A DNA stretch of 61,075 nucleotides, the filler included, from Diploschistes diacapsis (Eukaryota), in assembly GCA_023645945.1 (NCBI GenBank). It is 10 parts of 10 records of this genome, joined end to end, with 100 filler letters (N's around TTAATTAATTAA, not from the genome) between each part and the next. Parts side by side here need not be neighbours in the genome. Positions count along the whole stretch, not along the records: positions 1 to 26,271 come from JALAIB010000185.1; 9 more parts are not named here. One strand, written 5' to 3'. The translations under genes were made by a program, and so were the position numbers. Position 1 is the stretch's first letter. Every line of letters starts with the position of its first letter. Shown in pieces: positions 12,797 through 26,271 of the stretch. The notes beneath the pieces are model-generated. The model did not search any database. It saw only the letters and a program-made list of their open reading frames with translations, and was not told the origin of the DNA.

Positions 12797-15473
12797 ATGG
12801 CCGAGAGCACATCGACAAAAATCGGCCGTGGTTTGGTAAAAGTTCTTGGTATCAAGGTCCAGTACCGTAACGAGCTTGGGCAGGACGTGACGAGAGGCGA
12901 GTCTGTCTACTCAATATCGAGCGCCGACACCTTTGTCGAGGAAGAGCCACGCACGATTGAGTGGTTTCGAGACACAATACCAGATGGCAGCGACCTTCTT
13001 CGATATGGGCGCAGCCTATTCCCTTTTACGCACTGGATCACTCGATACAATTTGCAATGGCTTATTGGAGATCTTGTCGCCGGTATGGCTGCACGGCTCG
13101 AATGCATCGTATTCGGGAGCTCATTTGTTGACAGGTATCACCGTTGGTGCGGTTGTTGTGCCTCAAGGCATGGCATATGCCCTACTTGCAAACCTGCCCA
13201 CCCAGTTCGGTCTCTACACGTCATTCATGGGAGTTTTGATTTACTGGTTTTTCGCGACTTCCAAGGACATCACTATTGGCGTAAGCTCTGTGCTCGCAAG
13301 AAAACAAGGGAGAATGGCTAACGAGGCGCAGCCTGTGGCAGTCCTCTCGACCGTTACCGGCAATGTTGTCACCTCGTCCTTGGCTCAGCTTCCCCAATAC
13401 AAGGACAGTCCTCAGGACATAGCATCTGCACTCGCAATCATTTGCGGTGCCATCGTCTGTTTTCTCGGCCTGGTTCGACTAGGTTGGATCGTCGATGTCA
13501 TCTCCTTACCGGCAATCACCGCTTTCATGACTGGCTCAGCCTTGAATATTGCCGTCGGCCAGATTCCGTCGCTGCTCGGTATCCCAAGCAAAGTCGTTAA
13601 CAGCAGAGACTCGACATATCTCGTCATCATCCATGTCTTGCAGCATCTCAACGCCTGCAAGCTTGATGCAGCAATGGGGTTGACAGCTTTGGCCATGCTT
13701 TACATCCTCAGGAGCCTTTGCAGTTTGGGCATCAGGAGGCTGCCACAGCGTAAGAAGTTATTCTTCTTCCTGTCAACGTTACGTACCGTGTTCGTCATCC
13801 TCCTTTACACCATGATTAGCTGGCTTGTCAATATGAATTACCGCACAAGGCCGAAATTCACCATACTGGGCACTGTCCCGCGAGGTTTCCAATACGCCCA
13901 CGTCCCAACGGTCAACAAAACAATCGTCAGCTCTTTTACTAGCTGGATTCCCGTCACCGTAATCGTCATGCTCATCGAACACATCGCCATCTCGAAGTCC
14001 TTTGGCCGAGTAAACAATTACACAATAGACCCCTCTCAAGAGATGGTCGCCATAGGCGTCAGCAACCTCCTCGGTCCCTTCCTCGGCGCCTATCCGGCAA
14101 CTGGATCTTTCTCGAGGACAGCTATCAAGTCAAAGGCAGGCGTCAGGACACCGTTCGCCGGAGTGATCACAGCTCTTGTCGTTCTGCTTGCAATCTACGC
14201 TCTGCCGCCGGTCTTCTTCTACATCCCTAACGCCACTCTTTCGGGCGTGATCATTCACGCCGTTGGAGATCTCATAACACCACCAAATACCCTTTACCAA
14301 TTCTGGCGCGTGAACCCCCTCGAGGTGATCATCTGGTTCGCCGGCATGCTCGTCACCATTTTCACATCCATCGAGAACGGTATATACGTCACAATCTCTA
14401 TCTCCATGGCTGTTTTCCTCTTCCGAGCCTTCAAAGCTCAAGGACGCTTCCTTGGGAAGGCAAAGATTCACTCAGTCGTTGGCGACCACGTCCTTGACCA
14501 AGAAGGCCGCAACGGCGACAGATCGAAAACCAACAGGAGCAACGACCCGGACAACTCCGTCCGCAACGTCTTCCTTCCTCTCTCTCACGCGGACGGCTCC
14601 AACCCCTCCGTCGAACTGGAGAGGCCCTACCCCGGCGTCTTCATCTACCGCTTCTCCGAAGGCTACAACTACCCCAACGCAAACCATTACCTCGACTACA
14701 TGGTCAAGACCATCTTACAGGAGACCCGCCGCACGAACCCCTTCTCCTACCCGCGCCCGGGCGACCGTCCCTGGAACGACCCCGGCCCACGCCGCGGTCA
14801 CGCCGAAACCGACGCGTCCCACCTGCCGACCCTCAAAGCCGTCATCCTTGACTTCTCCTCCGTCAACAACATCGACATCACCTCGGTGCAGCATCTCATC
14901 GACGTGCGTAACCAGCTCGACCGCTACACCTCGCCGCAGCGCGTCGACTGGCACTTCGCGCACATCAATAACCGTTGGACCAAGCGCGCCCTCGTCTCCG
15001 CGGGCTTCGGATACCCGTCCCCGCAGGACAGCGGGGATCCGAGCCGGTGGAAGCCCATCTTCAGCGTCGCCGAGATCGGCGGGCAGGACTCGGCCGCCAA
15101 CGCGGCTGCGGCGGCGGAAGAGAAGAAGGCCGCCGACGCCGCAGCGAACCAGGATGTCGAGGCGGCCTCTGCCGGGTCGCGGTCGGGCTCGGCCTCGGGC
15201 GACCGGATCGAGTTCCACGACCATGGGGCCAACGCGACGGCGGGGAGTGTCGGGGACGGGCGGCCGAGCGGGGACAGCATCGAGTATGCGAAGAGGTTGG
15301 CGCAGAGCAAGGCGTATGCCAAGGGCGGAGCGGTGGGGAGGGTCGCGGTCGTTCATGGACTGAATAGGCCGCTTTTCCACATTGATTTGACGAGCGCGCT
15401 TCAGAGTGCGATTGCCAATGCCGAGTGGAAGGAGGGGGATGCGGTGCCGGAATTCGAGCTGAAGGAGCACTGA
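12797..15473 (+). CDS. Sulfate permease (SulP/SLC26 with STAS domain)
   Basis: WLIGDLVAG|ITVGAVVVPQGMAYA, TSKDITIG|PVAV, GAYPATGSFSRTAIKSKAGVRTP, VILDFSSVNNID; 2 short introns. Confidence 0.96.
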
Positions 15474-16499
15474 ACGGTAGAGGATGGTGCATGATGGATG
15501 ATCCATCTTAAATATTTATGGGATGGGGCTTTGGGTTACTTAATTGGTAGTACCAGCATGTTGCGCTTGGATAGATACCGACTATATACTACCCCGTCTT
15601 GGGTCGAGGTTATGGATATTGACCTTTGGTTATGGGTGCATACCAGTGTGTTTGATGGTTACTGTTGATCGATACATTGCCTTCCAGTCGTCTCCAGCGC
15701 TGAGTGCAAGCTTGAAATCGGAATAGACTTTACGCTTCGAGTGAGTGACGTGGCTTGTGCGACTTTGACAACAATCCATGGAGAGAAACTCCTTAGTGGC
15801 ATACCAATCCAATACTTGCGAAAAGCAGCTTCAGCAAACCACGTGCCATCGAGGCCCGTTTAGTACACAACGGAGTTCTACGTAGGAAAGTTTTAAGAGA
15901 GCAAAAGGATGGATCGAGAAAAATGCCGCTCGCCAAAGCCCAGAACTTGGAAAGTGAGTACCACGCCACAATCCATGCACCTTTGAGATGAATGGGCAAT
16001 AACTTATCGCCAGGCAGCTAATGTTTTGGGGGCGGGTGGATTCGGCGGGATATGACTCGTTACTGGTATCGAAGAGTACTTGGGGAGTATGATCTGGTAT
16101 TCATCTCGTTAGCTTCAATTCTATTGTCAATGAATGGCCAGAGAAAAAGAAAAGACGTAGATGAGAAAGGCATCATTAAAAAATTAGAGTATATTGTTGC
16201 ATTTTTTGATCTTCATTGGATGATCGGGGTTAAAAAGGTGTAATCATTGCCTAGGGCTTGTTCTATGCCTCGCTCTGGAGAGAGGCTGAGGATCGTATAG
16301 GGGGTATGAAATTCAAATTGAAGGGGAGAGGGAAACGTACCTTTTCTGGGTGATACGTGAGCGAGCCTTGTGCTAGATCTTGATAGAGTGGCAAACCGAT
16401 TAAAGAGCACCGAGGAAACAGAGTGAGATGCGGGGAAACAGAAAAACTATGTGTCCTCGTGAAAGATTCGTACATGACAACTCGTAGCTACGTATTGGT

Positions 16500-17741
16500 C
16501 TAATCGAAGAGTCCACCAAAACCTATGATTCAGGTCAGCAATCCAAATCCATAACGCTTCGAACTTGTCCCTACCTTCTTCCCCACTCTCCTCTGCTTCC
16601 GATTCTTCCTTCGCCTTCTCTTCTTCAGCCGGCGCAGCAGCCTCTGTCGCACCAGCACCAGCAGCCGGTGCAGTCGACGCATATGCATCTGGGTTCGCAA
16701 TACGGTCTTTGAGCTCCTCAATGCCCGGCCAGCTGTACTCAGTCTCAATCGCCACAGCTAATACTTTCTTGTACCCATTGACAAGCGTATGCATAACCGA
16801 AGGCAGCGTCGGGTAATTGAGCGCCAGGGAGACCGTGGTAACCGTCTTGATGGCGCTCGCTAGTGCATCCATGAGCTGCTTCTCCTCGATATCCAGCACA
16901 CTCGGTGGAAAGGTCTGGCCCTGATCATAGACCTGCGAGATGCCCATGCCGTAGGTAAATGGCCTGTCAACTTGTAAGCATTGTCGTGTGTATCAATGAC
17001 ACGCCTCACGAGATATTTAGCATATTCAGCAAAGTAGCCTCAGATGCACCGACTTTAGCACCAGCTTCGACAAGCTTCAGGTCGGCCGTAATCTCGATAG
17101 TGCCACGAGCGATCCTGGGCTCAGATCAGGACTGGAATTACTCTAAAAGGGTGAATAGAATACTTGGTGGGAACACCTAGAGCTTGAAAGAACGAGGTTT
17201 TACCGGGCTCCATGCCTGTCTGCAAAAATTATCAGCGGATGATTCTGGAGCCTTGGAAGAGCAAGGGACTCACGTTGCCAGCTGGGACGAAGACGTCGGC
17301 TGGAGCGACGGCGCCGGCACGAGCGGGTGCGGCTACCTTCTCGGAGAGGATTGTAGAGCGAGTTTCATTAAGATCGGCGTTGGTCTGGAGATGTCAGCAA
17401 CAGAATTAGTTCGCGGCAACAACGCACAAAAATGAACCCGACGTTGCCCTGAGAGTTGTAAGCATATGTTCTGTACTTTTATCCTTATTCTTGCTCGCCT
17501 TAACATGAGGTAAGAGTCTTTCATATTCTGGGTTGTCGGCGATGAAGCCCTTGAGAGCACGACGGACCATGGTGTTCTTGCCCATCAGAACTACGCCGTT
17601 GCCGCGCAAAGCCCTCCGGATCTTGTGCATCTGCTGTGAGCTGACATTGTCGACAGTGACGATAAAGATAGACTGATACTCGTCGAGCAAGCCCTTGAGC
17701 TTGTCGAAGTAGCCGGCCTTGTTAGCTGATTTACCCCCCAT
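16500..17741 (-). CDS. RPP0: 60S acidic ribosomal protein P0 (uL10), multi-intron
   Basis: [55 protein letters not shown]-terminal EESGEEGFGGLFD*. Confidence 0.97.
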
Positions 17742-18003
17742 TCTTCTTGATAGAGACCTGAAGATAGGATATTTAAGGGTGGTTGTTGGAATTGGTGAAG
17801 CTATGCGGCAAACCCGGGAATGAATTGGATTTACAGTGTGGGCTCGCTTCGTAAGGCTTAGTGTCTCTTTCTGAATGTCAACTTTCTTGGCATCAATATT
17901 CCACCAAGCTGGTAGACAGCCAGAAGGTAGAGTCACAATGAATCTCACCAGTGTAGAAGAAACTATACCCTAACATGGAAGGACAGAGCAGAAAGAGAGT
18001 GGC

Positions 18004-19801
18004 ATGAAAATGCTCGCTCCCTTCCAGCGCTTGTTGTATTGCTCACAGCAAGGATCGAACCCTCTCAATGTTCTCCTCGCCGCTTCAGGGCCTATAATCT
18101 ACTTGTTCAATGCCACTAATGGCACTTTCATCTCCAAATGGTCGTATATAGAGGCCACTGAGCGTACCAAGGAAGGTCGTGATCGATCGCCTGGATCTCA
18201 CTATGAAGTTGATCCTGATATGCCGCAGGTGAAGCGAAGAAAGCCTTCGAATGATGAGAACCCTTCCGACACTCCGTCCACAGAGGTTGTCATTGAAAGT
18301 GGAACTAAGAGGCGGCGGAAGCCGAAGGCAAAGAACTTGCAAGTCCCTTCAGTGATCATTCTGACTGCGACCTCGGATGGAAAGCATGTCATTGCCGTGA
18401 CAGGCGAAGACAAGTCCCTTCGAGTTCTGGAACTTCAGGAAAATGGCACGCTCCAGCAGCTCAGCCAGCGGTAGGACAAATGTCTCTACTGTCCCTTTGT
18501 ATCTTGCTCTAATGTTGATCAGAGTAATGCCAAAACGCCCCAGCGCCGTAACTGTCACTCAAGACCAACATACTATCCTCTGCGCCGACAAGTTCGGCGA
18601 TGTTTATGCTATGCCGCTGCTTTGGGAGCCATCTGACGAAACACCGGAATCTGAGACCACTGGTGCGCAGGCAACACTATCCTCAATATATCGGGCCCAG
18701 AAACCCTTCACCCCCTCCGCCACCACCTCAACAGTCCACACCAAGAAGAACCTCCTCGCCCTCCAAAACCAGCAACGCCTCGCCCTCAACCCTCCAACCA
18801 CGAAACCGTCGAAAACCCTCTCCAGGACTCAGCCCCTCAACTTCCCCCATCAGCTCCTCCTAGGCCACGTCTCTCTCCTCACTGACCTCGTCGCTGTCAC
18901 CCTCACATCCCCGCCAAATCCGGACTCACATCCTGACTTCGGTTCCTCCGTCACAAATCCCACTTCAGACACCTCTCCATTTCGCTTCACAGGCACGCGA
19001 TCCTACATCATAACCTCCGACCGCGACGAGCACATCCGTGTCTCTCGCGGCATGCCGCAAGCGCACATCATCGAAAACTACTGCCTCGCGCACTCGCAAT
19101 TCGTCAGCCGCCTGCACGTGCCCGCCTGGAACCCCACGATCCTCATCTCCGGCGGCGGCAACGACTACCTCCTCGTCTGGGACTGGCTGCGCAGCTCCAC
19201 CCATCAAGCCGTCGACCTGCGGCCCGAAGTTGAGAAAGTGCGCAAGGGCATCTTCGCGGGCATTGACGACGGCGGGGAGCTCGCGAAGCTGGAAGGCGCT
19301 CGGACGGGACCCATTGCTGTGTCGGGGATATGGTCCGTGGAGACGGACAAGAGCAGCAAGATTGGCGAGGTGATTGTCGCGGTCGAGGCGGTGCCGGCAC
19401 TGGTCATGTACCAACTTGACCACAAGGGGCGGCTGCATCATAGGGCCACGCTGGTTACGGCGGGGAACGTGCTGGACGTGAGTGTGTGCGCGGAGACGAA
19501 GAGGGTGTTCTATGCGATGGATAATGTGCATCAGGCTTGCACGACGAACGTCGCAGTGGCGGAGCGGGCGGGCAGTACTGAGGTCTCGCCTTGGATCGGA
19601 TGCTATAGGTGGATGCCCGAGAGTCCGCATTGGGTAGTGGATCCAGAGGTTGGGGCCGTTGTGGGGAAGATGAACGATTTTGCGAAGGAGGGAGAGGATA
19701 CGCTGGCATCGGGCATGGATGGAGCTGCGCTGAGCGATTTGTTGTATGGGATTGAACATATGAGGAAGAGGGGTGGGTGGGAGGATGCCGTTGCTCCGTG
19801 A
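18004..19801 (+). CDS. TRM82: tRNA m7G methyltransferase non-catalytic WD40 subunit
   Basis: AVTGEDKSLRV, MPKRPSA, CADKFGDVY, LLLGHVSLLTD, IITSDRDEHIRVSRG.PQAHIIENYC. Confidence 0.93.
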
Positions 19802-20444
19802 TGATCGGCTATCATGTACAGCTCCCCCCTCACCGGAGAATTTACAAGAGAGAACCTTAGTGGTCTCCTTCTTGACATATGCTTTAACCTTGCTTCTTTC
19901 CTCTGATATGTGCCTTTCCAAAGCTTCGCTTTCGCTTCCATTATTCCTCATGTGCATATCGATTGAATAGCCTTACCTTTGGATCCTGCCACGAAGGAGA
20001 CGACATTCCAGCAAACAAGTACTGAAAATCAACAAGATCATAAATCATTCATCTACCCACTAATACTAACTATCCGCAGGAGGCTCTATCTCTACGTTTG
20101 GGAGAAGGAAGCATACCGCAGCAAAGCAGATCTATGTCCCATTTCCCCCAAGTCATTTCACCTAGCTTATGCTCCGCACCCTCAACGCCTTGCAAATGGA
20201 AAAGTGTGCAAAAGCCGGGAAGCCTCCCCTCTCGCCGGCCAGTTCAATGCATGCAACCGCCCAGATTCAGCTTTTCCGGATCGGTCGTTCATCTCGTAAC
20301 AGAAGAGACGTGGTCTATGTTAGTGGGGTGGTACGTGGAGCTTGCGTTGTGCGGGGCGTCAACCTTATGTTCGTAGGCAATACATGCGATATCGCCTTTG
20401 AGAATTGATGGTGCAGGTTGGTAGGAAGCGCATGCCTAGAGCTT

Positions 20445-21864
20445 TTACTGAGAGGCACATTGCATTCTCTCAGCCCCCTGTGGTACACCGTCCTCATCAT
20501 CCTCGTCTATGGCCGTGGCCGCCCTCTGAGCATTGGCGTGGTCGACGTCCTCAAGATCCACTTCCTCTTCTGTCGAATTCTTGGGGATGGGGCTAGTGAG
20601 TGGGTCAATCTCCATCGGCTCTTCATCGACATCCATGCCGTCTGCGTTCGTCGTATGCTTAGGCGATGGAACGGTTGGAGGCAAGCCCAGAATGTTTTTC
20701 AGTAGGACCTTTTGGTTGCTATCCAACGGAGATATGTGGGTGGGGAACTCGACTTCGAAGTTGATGTACAAGTTTCCAGGATTGTGGTGCCTATATGATG
20801 GCATGCCCTGGCCGCGGATCATCTTGACTACGCCAGGCTGGATGACCTCGCCGGGGTAGATGTTAACCACAAGCCAACGAGGCCTAGAGTCCAGGTGTTG
20901 GATGTGGAGTACGCCTCCGGCTAAAGCAGTGTAGAGGTGGATTTTGGCAGTATGAACCAGATCGTCACCTCGCCTGCGAAATCTCGGATGCTCCTTCTCT
21001 TCGATTTCGAACTGAACGTCACCTGGCTGAACATTGGGAATCTGGTCGCCTTCGCCATCGAAATTGATCTTGTAACCGTTTGGCACACCTCTGTCGACTG
21101 GCACATGGAGTACTTTGCGCTCGATCACGGTTTTCTTTCCCTTACATTTCTTGCAGCGGTCTTTATCGCGGATCATCTCTCCTTCGCCTCCGCAGTCTGG
21201 GCACACGGTCTGGAAGCGCTGGATCATGGGACCCATCTGGCGCATCATGGTCTTCATGCCAGCGCCATTGCACCCAGTGCAGGTTTTGACAGCTCCGGCT
21301 TTCCCTCCACGACCTTCACAATCGGAGCAGAGCACTGATTTTTGTAGGGCGAGCTTTGATGTTTTGCCGTTGTAGATATCTTCCAACGAAACCTTGTGGA
21401 CGTGGTGGATTGTTCGAGCCTTCTTCGGACCCGTGTCTCGCATTCCACCACCAAACATGCCACCAAGGCCTCCTCCTCCAAAGAACTGGGAGAAGATATC
21501 CTCGGCATTCATACCACCTGCGACACCTTGTTCTGAGAGACCCTTCTCACCATATTGGTCGTAGATAGATCGCTTTTGAGGGTCAGAAAGAACCTCGTAT
21601 GCCTTTGAAATCTCTTTGAATTTTTCGGCTGCATCAGGATTGTTACTGTTCTTGTCTGCGTAATCGTAAGCTTCGCTACATTTCCGATGTGGCTAGCAGC
21701 ATACCCGGGTGGTATTTAAGAGCACCCTTTTTGTAAGCTGTCTTTAGCTGGGCATCTCCGGCCTCGGTGTCGACCTAGATAATCGACTTTAGCTGTCCGA
21801 GACATAAGCATAAGTTTCCGAGACTCACCCCCAAGAGATCATAGTACTTGGTTTCCTTGACCAT
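20445..21864 (-). CDS. YDJ1: Type I Hsp40/DnaJ co-chaperone, farnesylated
   Basis: MVKETKYYDLLG, HPD motif split by an intron, G/F region, CxxCxGxG repeats, CAAX end CASQ*. Confidence 0.96.
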
Positions 21865-22723
21865 TTTGAACCGCTAGAATTCTAGTGTTTATCGGGATGA
21901 AACTTTACGCCCTAATCTTAGCTTCCAATTTGATGATTGTGCTCTTAGTAGTTGCCCTTCGGGAAGAACTGTGGTTGGATGACGAGTATTTGATCTCAGA
22001 AGTGAGACCGAGAGAATGTTGTGAGAGGCTTTTGAAGACACAATTTTCAAGTCTTTAGCAACTGTGTGACAATGACAGTCAAGTGTTAGGATGTACCAGC
22101 GAGAATGGCTGATAAAAGAATCTCTCAGAGATAGGGCAGAAACAGACAAGGCTGAGGATTTCGATCTAGCTAGGCCTTACCCGATTGGGTGGCAGAGATT
22201 CGCTGCGGTTCGATAAACTTCCATGCTTAGAAACGGCTGCAACAAGGCGGGCATCTTGCCTCTCCGGTCGGCAAAGTCACATTGTACATTCAGGCTACGA
22301 GTATCTATGCCATCGTGGGATATATATTGTTGAAAGGTTGATGGCCGTGCAATTTCATGGATATCTATTTTTGGCTTGTCGACTCAAGTAGTGCCATCCC
22401 AACTGGATCAGCCCTACAGGAAGCGCAACTTCTCGCTTAAGTGAATGGGTTCTAGAACGCTGAGGGGCAGGCGCATCTACTTTTGTAGAAGGTGATTGTG
22501 TTGTAGAGGGCAAGGTAGTTGATTAGTCTTAGTCTAGACCTAGGTAGTGGTAGGTTTTATGGGCACTCTATACGGATGCTGTCATAATGATAAGGCTTAG
22601 GAGCGTGGCCCGAAGCTATACTAAGCTGCATTGATCAATTCAGTGCAGCAGTTCAACTCCGCCGAATAGTTGGATCGTAAACGCTGCAACGACCCTGACT
22701 AGTCACAGTCCAGGGCAGTCGTG

Positions 22724-23294
22724 ATGGCCAGTTCCCAAGATCCCGGATTCAAAGCAGCATTAGAGGAAGCAAAAGCCGGTGCTGGTGAAGGTGGTGTTCC
22801 TATCGGCGCGTGCCTTGTTTCCAGGGAAGGAAAGGTACTGGGCAGAGGCCACAATTTGCGCTTTCAAAGGGCCAGCGCCATCCTGCATGTGAGCTTATCG
22901 GATGACTAAGAACTCGAAAGAAAACCAGAGCAAAGACTGAGCCGTTTAACAGGCAGAAATGGCAACTTTTGAAGATGCAGGAAGGCTTCCCCCTACTGCG
23001 TACAAATCAGCCACGATGTACACCACTTTGTCTCCATGTGAAATGTGCACTGGAGCCTGTCTGTTGTATAAGGTAGCTCGAGTAGTGATTGGAGAGAACC
23101 AGACATTTCTTGGCGGTGAACAGCTTCTGAAGGATAAGGGTGTTGAGGTGATAGTCCTCCACGATCAGGAGTGCTATGAATTGATGCAGAAATTCATAAA
23201 GGAGAAGTCGAGCCTATGGTGAGTTGCGGTTGCGGAAATTCTGAAGCCGGGTTCGAATTGATAGTACCCTAGGGCCGAGGATATTGCTGATTGA
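22724..23294 (+). CDS. FCY1: Cytosine deaminase
   Basis: EGGVPIGACL, GRGHN, H|AE, YTTLSPCEMC; last exon W|AEDIAD*. Confidence 0.93.
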
Positions 23295-23368
23295 GTGATA
23301 TTCACTAAGAGGAAACGGACTTTGTCACTCACAAGCCCCATCTGGATCGAACGTGAAGCGCGTGGTTA

Positions 23369-24655
23369 CTAGAAATTGCCGCTGACGTGAGCGCCTGAGG
23401 CGCGATGGATCTCTTGGAGAAACCATTTGAAGTCATCTGGATCCACAAAAGGCGTGATGCCTTGTGTAAGAGTTAGACAAAGCTATTTCGCGATATTTCG
23501 AAGCCTTACCATGACCCAAGTTCGCGATCCATCCCTTCTTACCGCCTCCAAACCCTTTCACCATCTCCTCAACCAACTTCGTGATGGCCTCTCTTCCGCC
23601 ATAGAGCACTCCGGGGTCCGCATTTCCTTGCAAGACAACCCTCCCATCAGCAACCTTCATAGCCTCCTTAGGATCATGTAACCAATCTAGCCCCACAACA
23701 TCATATCCACTTGCACACAGCTTGTCCAGCGCAAACCATGCCCCCTTAGCAAACACCACCATCGGCACCCTCTCCAATTCCATCTCCTCCAACCTCTTCG
23801 GCAGCCTGTCAACAATCATATCCAGATAGACCAACGAGAACTCATCGAACGCCGCCGGCGTTAATTCCCCAGCCCATGAATCAAAGACCTGCAGAATCTG
23901 CGCCCCGGCCTTCACCTGCAGCGCCAAATACTCGACACAAACATCCGTAATCTTCTGCAAAAGCCGCTTGCTCTGGTTCGGATACCTATATATCCACGTC
24001 TTGACCTCCTTAAACAACTTGCTCCCTCCCCCCTCCACCATATAGCACAATAGCGTCCACGGCGCACCACAGAACCCAAACAGCGGCACCCGGCCTGCCA
24101 ATTTTTTCCTCGTCAGCGTAATCGCCTCGTAGACATAACCCAGTTCCCGTTCCACATTCACCTCCTTCTGCAGAACTTCTTGGTATTGGGAGTCAGCAGG
24201 AGACTTTAGCGGGTGGGGGAAATGTGGGCCTTTCTTGTCGACCATCTCGACCGTCATTCCCAGTGCCTGCGGCACGACGAGAATGTCGGAGAAGATGATG
24301 GCGGCGTCGAGAAGGCCGTCATAGCGATCGATCGGCTGAAGCGTCAGGGTCGAGGCGATTTCGGGGGAGCGGCAGCACTCGAAGAAGTCGTGCGCGCCTT
24401 TGGCGCGGTGGTACTCGGGGAGGTAGCGGCCCGCTGCGTGGGAATCGAGCGTCAGACTGCCGGAGGGCAATTCGGGGAGGGTGGCGGTGCTAGAAGAGCA
24501 TACCTTGCCGCATCACCCATATCGGAGGGCGCTCGACTGTCTCGCCTGGCGGAAAGGGTGCTTAGTTGTCTGTACCATGGGCATTTGCACGAGGATGTAC
24601 CTCTTGCTGTCCGTAATAACAGATCATTCTTCAGCGGTTCAAATTGGAGCGACAT
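23369..24655 (-). CDS. HEM12: Uroporphyrinogen decarboxylase
   Basis: [62 protein letters not shown]. Confidence 0.97.
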
Positions 24656-24732
24656 TGTGAGTTCAGACTTTCTCTTTTCTGCAAAGACTTTACAACTCCA
24701 GACGGTTACTGCCAGTGGACGCCGCTATGCCC

Positions 24733-25400
24733 CGGGAAAGCTTGCTTCCTGCTCCCCTTCTTCTCCATACAAACACTGTAGGGCTGACAATTAATATGCG
24801 TAAACGCTGAGTTAGGTCCTATATAAATTTTATACGTGCGTTTCCTAAAGGTTCTTTCAAGTCGTTTGGCAGCGCACGACTAGTGTCTTCTTGTTTTTTT
24901 GATCTCGGCTTTTTTCCGTCCAGTTGCGGAGCTCCATTCTTAGGGCTTGATTAGGCTAATTAGATTAATTATCTGAAAAGCCTTCTTGCGACATCCTAAG
25001 CTTCGTTTCCATATGTCCTTTTGCTAAAAAGTCTGCAGATCTTTTTCTTCTCTTTTGCCTCCCTCGCCGCCGCGCTCTGTTCCCTTGTCGCCTCCCCGCT
25101 GGCACTGGTTCTGTGGACGGCACAGCCTCACCGTTGTTCCCACAGGAGGAGGAGAATAAGCATACCCTGGCGGGTTGGATGAAAGGGGGCAGAAGGAAAA
25201 AATGGGGTGATCTACGGCGGCATGAATGCCCTTAGAAGCGACTGCAAGGGTAAAGGGGCCTTGAAAAAGGGGAGGAGGCGGCTTGGGGGGTAGAGGCTGG
25301 ATAATGGCGGATTTAGGGAGAATAGGGGGAGGTGCGACTGGTTTTTCAAGGGCAATTTGGGGCGCAGAGGGCTTCTAAAAACCCTTATCTAATCAGTTTT
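24733..25400. mobile_element. Repeat family copy A (old, divergent, less RIP-mutated); right boundary approximate
   Basis: TCCATACAAAC..GTAGGGCTGACAATTAAT..ACGCT..TTAGGTCC.ATATAAATTT matches 29372-29452 and the reverse complement of about 35190-35275; further blocks (cagggtatgcttat, gtcgcaagaagg) also align. Confidence 0.75.
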
Positions 25401-25920
25401 AATCTTTTACGACATTTATATATAGAGGTCTGGCTCTTTATATAGTTATTTAGATGGCTTCATTCCGCATTTGCTTTGAAAGAAATCCTTTTTTTAGATC
25501 ACATAGATGCGTCAGCGTCGTGTAGCTTGTATATAAAAGGCATATAAATTACTATGACAACTAGATATGAGCTAAACGACTTAGCAGACACATTATATAT
25601 GAAGGAGTGGAGCAGGTAGTGTTCCTGAGGCGAACGGAGCTGAAGACCGTTTAATGTCGTTCGAGGATAGATCTAGTGTGACCTACTTAGAGCAACAAAT
25701 AATGGATAGCAAAGCTTTCCATACTTAGTAGCATGCTGACCATAGCAACCAAGAGGTGCCATCATCCACGAAAGCAATATCAAAACAATCCATACCAGCA
25801 AGCAAGCTCTCATCCTCAAAACGCGAGAAACCCCACGCATCTCCAGATGTATACTAAGGCCTCTCTGTCAATACCACTTTTTCTCGTCACACGAGATCTA
25901 GCCCATGCTGAATCTATTTC

Positions 25921-26271
25921 TCACAAGAACTTGGAAGCCATGCTCATCAAACCTCCCATGTTACCCATCGATGGTCCCCCGCCCCCACCCATGTGGGACT
26001 GTGAGTACATCTTGAACGCGGTCTCCGCGGCAGACACGATGGCTTGTTGCTTGTTGGCGCCAGGTTGCTGTAAGATACGCACTCCCATTAGCACAAGTCC
26101 CTCAACTGTCCACTCTGAGGGTGAGACAGTACAGAAGCTGTAGGAATAGAAAAGGAAGTCATGAGAAGGAACATACCACGTTCCCTTGCGCACTCTGCTG
26201 ATCGAACAGCTTGCCCGCCTGCGCCATAGCCATTCCAATGAACTGATTCTGCCCTCCGCCCCCTCCTCCCC
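25921..26271 (-). CDS. 3' part of a Gly-rich 'beta-flanking'-type conserved fungal protein; truncated by contig end
   Basis: GGGQNQFIGMAMAQAGKLFDQQSAQGNV|QPGANKQQAIVSAAETAFKMY...GGLMSMASKFL*. Confidence 0.75.
   Translation of the reverse strand, partial: GEEGAEGRISSLEWLWRRRASCSISRVRKGTWYVPSHDFLFYSYSFCTVSPSEWTVEGLVLMGVRILQQPGANKQQAIVSAAETAFKMYSQSHMGGGGGPSMGNMGGLMSMASKFL

Noticed and set aside
14452..15506. Long alternative-frame and antisense ORFs over the sulfate permease (also over YTH1, TRM82, GH3, CBP80)
   Set aside because: Shadow ORFs expected from high GC3 codon bias
1301..24655. TenA, permease, FCY1 and HEM12 as a metabolic gene cluster
   Set aside because: Functionally unrelated and interspersed with housekeeping genes; no backbone enzyme
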